A stretch of DNA of 64,000 bases from an uncultured Nitrospiraceae bacterium (GTDB lineage Bacteria; Nitrospirota; Thermodesulfovibrionia; Thermodesulfovibrionales; SM23-35), in the NCBI GenBank assembly GCA_963727775.1, contig CAVSHB010000001.1, positions 864,001 through 928,000 of the forward strand. Direction: 5' to 3'. The first letter of the stretch is position 1; every line of letters starts with the position of its first letter. Position numbers and translations under genes: made by a program. The notes below the pieces were generated by a model, which saw only the letters and a program-made list of their open reading frames with translations, was not told the DNA's origin and ran no database searches. Positions 59,175-64,000 of the stretch are shown here, in pieces.

Positions 59175-59265
59175 GTCTAACGACCAAAAATAACCCGCAC
59201 GGGAAATAGACTTGCATGAAAGCAAACCAGCGTTAATTCGTGTCGGGTTGATTTTCTTGTTACCC
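59175..59265 (-). repeat. attC site 5
   Basis: Minus strand GGGTAAC...GTTAGAC, 91 bp, AACCCG/CGGGTT arms. Confidence 0.85.
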
Positions 59266-59270
59266 CAGTA

Positions 59271-59552
59271 TTATCTTCGCTTTAAATAGCTTTTGAGGTC
59301 CTTATAATAATTTTCATGTGGACCGATCATGATTAATTCCATATCCGATTTAATCATTCTGTACGAAAGAAGATACTGAAGAGATTTGATTTTGAACTTA
59401 TGGACATAGATGCCTCTGAGATTTCCCTTCTTCTCATCCCCGATCAAAGGATTGTCGGTTATTTGTCTGATTTCGTCGTCAAGTATTTCTTTTTCTTGTT
59501 TTGATAATTTCTTGACTTTGTTTTCAAATGATCGTGACTGATAAATCTTCAT
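59271..59552 (-). CDS. RelE/ParE-like toxin (cassette 5)
   Basis: NPLIGDEKKGNL..VHKFK, IGPHENYY. Confidence 0.88.
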   Translation of the reverse strand: MKIYQSRSFENKVKKLSKQEKEILDDEIRQITDNPLIGDEKKGNLRGIYVHKFKIKSLQYLLSYRMIKSDMELIMIGPHENYYKDLKSYLKRR

Positions 59553-59555
59553 TAT

Positions 59556-59780
59556 TTATCCGAACGTATACTCCGACCGCTCACCCTGTTCTAGTTCCTG
59601 TAGTCCGATAAGAATTTCTTTGATAAGACTGTATGTCAAATCCGGATTGTCTTCTGCACATTTGCCGATCTTTGCCCAGTGCTCTATTTGGCCTGTTATA
59701 GAGCGATGGTCAACATGACTATACTTTTTAGCCTCTTTTACCAATTTTTCGGATATTCTTACAGCCGTTGCCATTTTCAT
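59556..59780 (-). CDS. ParD-like antitoxin (cassette 5)
   Basis: RSITGQIEHWAKIGK..EDNPDL. Confidence 0.9.
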   Translation of the reverse strand: MKMATAVRISEKLVKEAKKYSHVDHRSITGQIEHWAKIGKCAEDNPDLTYSLIKEILIGLQELEQGERSEYTFG

Positions 59781-59802
59781 ACCTCCGTTCAGTTTTTAAT
59801 TT

Positions 59803-59831
59803 ATTATAAACATTGACATAGCATATTGCAA
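59803..59831 (-). promoter_or_regulatory. Cassette-internal sigma70 promoter
   Basis: TTGCAA-17 bp-TATAAT upstream of the ParD-like gene. Confidence 0.65.
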
Positions 59832-59856
59832 CTAATTGTATACATATTGATTCGTG

Positions 59857-59924
59857 GGGTAACGCTCAAGCTCACGGGGAGGCGTGGCAGTTTCACGCTG
59901 ATCCAGTGCAGCGCATCGTTATGC
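59857..59924 (-). repeat. attC site 4
   Basis: Minus strand GCATAAC...GTTACCC, 68 bp; core nearly identical to attC1. Confidence 0.9.
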
Positions 59925-59957
59925 CTTTCTCCGTTTATATAGATAACCAGTTATTAA

Positions 59958-61578
59958 CCCAAAAAGTGCAGTTGACCTAAAATAATATCCCCGAAGAAAT
60001 TCTCCTTTCGTATTAGAATCAATAGGTTTAAGCGACCATCAACTCTAAACGAAAGGAGAATAGAAATATGCAGTCAAAATGTAGCACAAAGATCGAAATA
60101 AATAAAGTAAGGATTGGATTTACGGAGAAGAAGATGACGGCATATGGGGGATTCAGTTTATTGGCTGCATTTTTTGAAAAGATCAAATTGAGAGGAATTT
60201 TGCAAGAGGTGATTCCGATCCATGAGAGTTCACCCAATGGAATGGGGATATACAGCAAGGTATTGGCATACATCCTTCTGATCTATGCGGGAGGCAGCAG
60301 GTTTTCTCATCTACTTTATCTTGGTTGGCAGGAGATTTTCACCGATCTTTTTGCAGTGAAGAGGCTTCCTATCGCCTCGACGACATTGGGCAGGCTTTTC
60401 AGGAAGATCAGAAAACTGAAGGAAGTGGAAGAGATGTCGGAGGGATTATGGGGATACTTGAAGAGATTGATCCCCTGGAAAGAGCTCAAAGAGGACTGGT
60501 TGACGTTCGATTCTACAGTCCTTGAGCGATACGGAAAACAGGAGGGAGTCAAGAGGGGATATAACCCGAAGAAGAAGGGCCGTGGTAGCCACAGCCCGCT
60601 TCTGGCATTTCTTAACAGAAACAAGTATGTGATAAATCTTTGGAACCGCCCCGGCAACGTGATGTCATGGAACAACATTATTGGATTTTTTGAATCCACA
60701 TGGCAGAGGATCAACGGTCATATCGATATCAAGGGCATTATTGCAGACAGTGGATTTTATCTTAGGGAGTTCATCGAACTGCTTGAGAAGAGAAAATTAA
60801 TCTATATCATAGCCGCTCGCCTATACCGTCCTTTGCAGAGGATGGTTTATGCACAACAAAACTGGAAGCGGATAGAAGAGGGGATATGGATCACGGAGTT
60901 CTTTTTCCAGCATGTCGATTGGATAACCGACAGGAGATTCATTGCAGTCCGGCAGGATATAAAGAAGAGGCCGCATGCGATGGGGAAGGAGTTATCTCTT
61001 TTTAGAGATGAGTTTGATACAGGGAATTATCGTTACAGCGTATGGATAACCAATTCACATGATCCCGCATATGAGGTATGGAAGCAGTGCAGGCCGAGGG
61101 CGAACGATGAGAATACCATCAAGGAACTGAAAGAGGATTTTGCGCTTGGAGGGTTCTCGATGAAGTATTTCTATTCAACAGAGGCGGCAATGCTTATTCG
61201 GGTATTCATCTACAATCTGTTTGTCCTGTTTCGACATCAGATACTGGGGCAGAAAGAAAAGATAGAACGCCTGAAGACCTTGCGGTATAAGTATTTTGTC
61301 CTCCCCGCCCAATTGGGAGGAGATGGCAGAAGGCTGGTATTGCGGATCTCCGTCTTTACACAGAAAGTACGATCAAAACTGTTATACCTCTTTAACCGCA
61401 TAAGACAATACTTTCCGCCAGGTCTTGATAATTGCACTGCAGTTGGATGATGACAATAAACTTCAAAAGGAGGTATGTCAAAAAACAGTGTAAAGATTAG
61501 CTTTGCTAACGCTAATTCCGAGAATGCCTTGATAGGCTTGGATCTATAGGCATGTCTTTTCCAATTGCACTTTTCGGG
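59958..61578 (+). mobile_element. IS1380-family insertion sequence
   Basis: TIRs CCCAAAAAGTGCAGTTG / rc CCCGAAAAGTGCAATTG; TTAA on both flanks. Confidence 0.92.
60068..61450 (+). CDS. IS1380-family transposase
   Basis: TAYGG, FDSTV, YGKQEG..GYNP, ADSGFY, RANDENTIKELK. Confidence 0.92.
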   Translation: MQSKCSTKIEINKVRIGFTEKKMTAYGGFSLLAAFFEKIKLRGILQEVIPIHESSPNGMGIYSKVLAYILLIYAGGSRFSHLLYLGWQEIFTDLFAVKRLPIASTTLGRLFRKIRKLKEVEEMSEGLWGYLKRLIPWKELKEDWLTFDSTVLERYGKQEGVKRGYNPKKKGRGSHSPLLAFLNRNKYVINLWNRPGNVMSWNNIIGFFESTWQRINGHIDIKGIIADSGFYLREFIELLEKRKLIYIIAARLYRPLQRMVYAQQNWKRIEEGIWITEFFFQHVDWITDRRFIAVRQDIKKRPHAMGKELSLFRDEFDTGNYRYSVWITNSHDPAYEVWKQCRPRANDENTIKELKEDFALGGFSMKYFYSTEAAMLIRVFIYNLFVLFRHQILGQKEKIERLKTLRYKYFVLPAQLGGDGRRLVLRISVFTQKVRSKLLYLFNRIRQYFPPGLDNCTAVG

Positions 61579-61826
61579 TTAATGAATTAATAATGAGCGT
61601 TCCGAATATTACGATAAATTTTACGGTCCACGAATAGTCCAGCCCTATCAAATATATAATTGCCGAGAAGACGATTAGGCCAATGAGCAGGTACAAATAA
61701 TAGATAGTGTTGCCGACTTTCTTTTTGAAGTCGGTCAGATACCACGCATTGGAGATGGCACCAAGCAGCCATAATAAGCCAATGAACAAATATAGAAGTT
61801 CATTTTTCATTCTATTTTAATATTCG

Positions 61827-61913
61827 GCATAACGATTTAAATGAGGCGCAGGGGCAACCACCCCTGAAAACCCGCCCCGCTTATTCCCTGTCGCCTCGAT
61901 TTGGGTGTTAGAA
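61827..61913 (-). repeat. attC site 3
   Basis: Minus strand TTCTAAC...GTTATGC, 87 bp, GAGGCG/CGCCTC arms. Confidence 0.88.
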
Positions 61914-61916
61914 GCA

Positions 61917-62189
61917 TTATTTTGTCTTGGATGCCTGCTTTTCCAATTTATTAAGAATTGCATCATATCTGTCGGTTTGCTTTTCCCATCTTTCAAGAAG
62001 TTTGTCATAACGTGCAGCTTGTTCCTCCAACTTTTTTTCCTGCTTGTCATACTGAGTTTGCTGTTCTTCCATCGTCTTTAATCGTGCATCATATTCCGCG
62101 GCTTGTCTTTTTTCCGTCGAGCTACCGCTTAACTGATTGCAGCCGGCGACAAGAGCCAAAAGAATAACAAAAGTATAGATTTTCTTCAT
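61917..62189 (-). CDS. Small coiled-coil lipoprotein (cassette 3)
   Basis: Lipobox VAGC; ~14-residue (Q..(R/E)YD..L) repeats; GGAGG RBS. Confidence 0.82.
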   Translation of the reverse strand: MKKIYTFVILLALVAGCNQLSGSSTEKRQAAEYDARLKTMEEQQTQYDKQEKKLEEQAARYDKLLERWEKQTDRYDAILNKLEKQASKTK

Positions 62190-62210
62190 AATGCCTCCTC
62201 AATTTTTTGC

Positions 62211-62273
62211 TTCTAACACACGGCTCATCCTGAGCCGGCTTTTTCGGCGATTGGGTGCAGCCGATGGTTAAGT
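62211..62273 (-). repeat. attC site 2
   Basis: Minus strand ACTTAAC...GTTAGAA, 63 bp, CGGCT/AGCCG arms. Confidence 0.88.
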
Positions 62274-62280
62274 GATGCTT

Positions 62281-63027
62281 TCATATCGTATTGCTGCCCC
62301 CACAGAACGGGCAACTAACGGATACCAGGGGCTCGGAGTCTCCAGCGAATCCTTGAATAACCTTTGAGAATGAAACAGATCGGCCGCACTTCTCGCAATT
62401 CGTAATTACGAGCTTGGATATCATTCCTGCGGCCATCTTTACTGGCCGATCCACGATGACATGGCTTTCAGAGGCTGAACTGCCACCAAACGAGACGACC
62501 CTCTTGCCGGTTCCTATGCCTGAATTCGTAATAATCTCACCGATCCCTGATCCCTCAACAACGATTCGTTCGGCGGGACCCTTCCCAGTATGCTCGATAT
62601 CAAGGCCGATTCCCGGACCTTCGTTACATACGACACCGCCGATGCCTCCGTTCTTGACGAGGACTTCTCTCCCGGCCATTTCAGGTTTCCCATCTGATAC
62701 CCATTTCTCGTGCTTGTTCTTCCATTCGGTCAAGAGAGAAACGGGGTACTTTGCCTGATCGACATCAATTCTCCGTGCGCATTCTTTACAAAGCCAGATA
62801 CCGTTAGAAATAGCCCCGCGTTGTTCATCCGTCATGTTGGCATCGTATCGAGCCTGACCTGGACGGGCGGCGCGGATGTGGGCTGCTTTGCCCAGATTGA
62901 TGGCTTTGGTTTCATCTGAATGTGGGCCACTTGTTGGTCTTCTGCACTCGGGGTTGGAACAAACTTGCCCGGCCCTCTTCGCCAATGTTTGCTTCATGCC
63001 TTCGGAAAAGTCAGGTCCGCTTGTCAT
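62281..63027 (-). CDS. HNH-like endonuclease fused to Gly-rich repeats and a Zn ribbon (cassette 2)
   Basis: CSNPEC, AAHI, NGIWLCKEC..ID, WK..HE; five 11-aa repeats; CEKC...CPFC. Confidence 0.8.
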   Translation of the reverse strand: MTSGPDFSEGMKQTLAKRAGQVCSNPECRRPTSGPHSDETKAINLGKAAHIRAARPGQARYDANMTDEQRGAISNGIWLCKECARRIDVDQAKYPVSLLTEWKNKHEKWVSDGKPEMAGREVLVKNGGIGGVVCNEGPGIGLDIEHTGKGPAERIVVEGSGIGEIITNSGIGTGKRVVSFGGSSASESHVIVDRPVKMAAGMISKLVITNCEKCGRSVSFSKVIQGFAGDSEPLVSVSCPFCGGSNTI

Positions 63028-63050
63028 TTCTCTTCCTTTTCATCTTGTGC

Positions 63051-63119
63051 ACTTAACACCTAAGCTCACGGGGAGGCGTGGGCAGTTTCACGCCGATCCA
63101 GTGCAGCGCTTGGTTGTGT
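63051..63119 (-). repeat. attC site 1
   Basis: Minus strand ACACAAC...GTTAAGT, 69 bp, GGCGTG/CACGCC hairpin. Confidence 0.9.
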
Positions 63120-63140
63120 GTCTTTTTGAGTCGTATGGTT

Positions 63141-63494
63141 TTAATCGGTTTGGATTTTATTCTCATTTTCTTTCAAGCGCAGCATTTCTAATTTATCATT
63201 TATCTGTATCAGGTAGAAAATACCAACTGCAAGTATGCCGCCAACCAAACCGAAAATAGTCCAAAGTAAAGTTGCAGTTTTCGCTTTACGTGCCAGATGC
63301 CGAAGCCAAAACGCAGCTGCAATCTGTGGTAAGAAAATTACTATATAAATCATTTGCGATGTGCCTTTGACTAATATTGGCACATCGCCGCCGTAGGCTT
63401 GCAGTAAATATATATCTTTAATGATCGGAAGGCAGATCGAGAGCAAGGACAAAATAATGAAATAAACAACATATCGTCGAATATCGCTTTTCAT
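63141..63494 (-). CDS. Small membrane protein (cassette 1)
   Basis: Three hydrophobic segments; AAAGGAG RBS before ATG 63494. Confidence 0.8.
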   Translation of the reverse strand: MKSDIRRYVVYFIILSLLSICLPIIKDIYLLQAYGGDVPILVKGTSQMIYIVIFLPQIAAAFWLRHLARKAKTATLLWTIFGLVGGILAVGIFYLIQINDKLEMLRLKENENKIQTD

Positions 63495-63509
63495 GTATCT
63501 CCTTTTGTC

Positions 63510-63558
63510 ACACAACCAATGATTATACCGATACGGTTTTATTTGCCAAATTATATCA
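63510..63558 (-). promoter_or_regulatory. attI core and candidate cassette promoter Pc
   Basis: Minus strand GTTGTGT (63516-63510) is complementary to the attC1 R'' box; TTGGCA-16-TATAAT (63549-63522) and TGATATAAT (63558-63550). Confidence 0.7.
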
Positions 63559-63673
63559 CACGCAATTACATAAAAAAATCGAATATGATTGAAAACGGCA
63601 CGTTAGCATTTGCATAATTCGGTAATATGTGGATAATAACATGATATAAGGGATTCGGTATAGTAAAGGATTT

Positions 63674-64000
63674 ATGGTAAAAGAGAGTATATTGACCGAT
63701 TTTCAGGCGTTCCTGCGCTCTCGTAAGCTCGTGCCTGATAAAAACATCCCCTATTTTGCCTCATGGGCCAGCAAGTTTCTTTATTTCTGCAATAAAAACA
63801 ATCAGTTGGATAACAATAAACTTGTAATAGAATTTATGGATTCATTGCAAAAAGACCATAGGGTCCCGGACTGGCAAATCCGTCAGGCCAGGCAGGCGGT
63901 TCAGGTTTATCTGGTCAATTTCAAGGTAAAAACAGTATCAGATGCTTTATCTCTATCTGCTGGTAGCGTTGCAAAAGGTCCCGACGTTTCGCGGATAATC
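63674..64000 (+). CDS. Probable integron integrase, N-terminal part (runs off the window)
   Basis: Open to the edge: MVKESILTDFQAFLRSRKLVPDKNIPYFASWASKF...DWQIRQARQAV; AAAGGA RBS; divergent from attI; catalytic domain not visible. Confidence 0.7.
   Translation, partial: MVKESILTDFQAFLRSRKLVPDKNIPYFASWASKFLYFCNKNNQLDNNKLVIEFMDSLQKDHRVPDWQIRQARQAVQVYLVNFKVKTVSDALSLSAGSVAKGPDVSRII

Larger units (their letters stand above)
59919..61810 (-). pseudogene. Small membrane protein (cassette 4) interrupted by IS1380
   Basis: Three TM-like segments; removing the IS restores ...IINSLITGYLYKRRKA with stop TAA in the attC4 R'' box. Confidence 0.85.

Overview
Bacterial chromosome window; gene content suggests an anaerobic Nitrospirota/Thermodesulfovibrionia-like organism (inference only). 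Bases 1-27.7 kb are mostly core genes: two-component systems, a sigma70 paralog, fabF, galT-glgA, moeA, scpB, proB, clpC and lemA/TPM. tRNA-Gln(CTG) and tRNA-Glu(CTC) follow. A ~15.2 kb integrative element sits in tRNA-Glu (50-bp direct repeats at 27933-27982 and 43115-43164). It carries an integrase, an excisionase, a primase-helicase, an iteron-like inverted repeat and AT-rich defence cargo. The cargo is a tightly coupled four-gene operon (C5-methyltransferase, HD phosphohydrolase, ORC/CDC6-like ATPase, uncharacterised double alpha/beta protein) plus a Vsr / endonuclease / C5-methyltransferase set. A third, degenerate tRNA-Glu 3' copy at 45159-45200 indicates older tandem islands. Bases 46-55 kb hold redox genes, xseAB, an IS256-disrupted methyltransferase and a second RpoD paralog. 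Bases 55.1-64 kb are an integron: a probable integron-integrase N-terminus at the right edge, attI, and nine minus-strand cassettes whose attC core sites chain by complementarity. The cassettes include five toxin-antitoxin pairs and an HNH / Gly-repeat / Zn-ribbon protein, and the array is damaged by IS1380, IS630 and RAYT fragments. The best candidates for undescribed systems are the methylase-HD-ATPase operon and the HNH-repeat cassette. All family assignments come from motif recognition by eye, not database searches.
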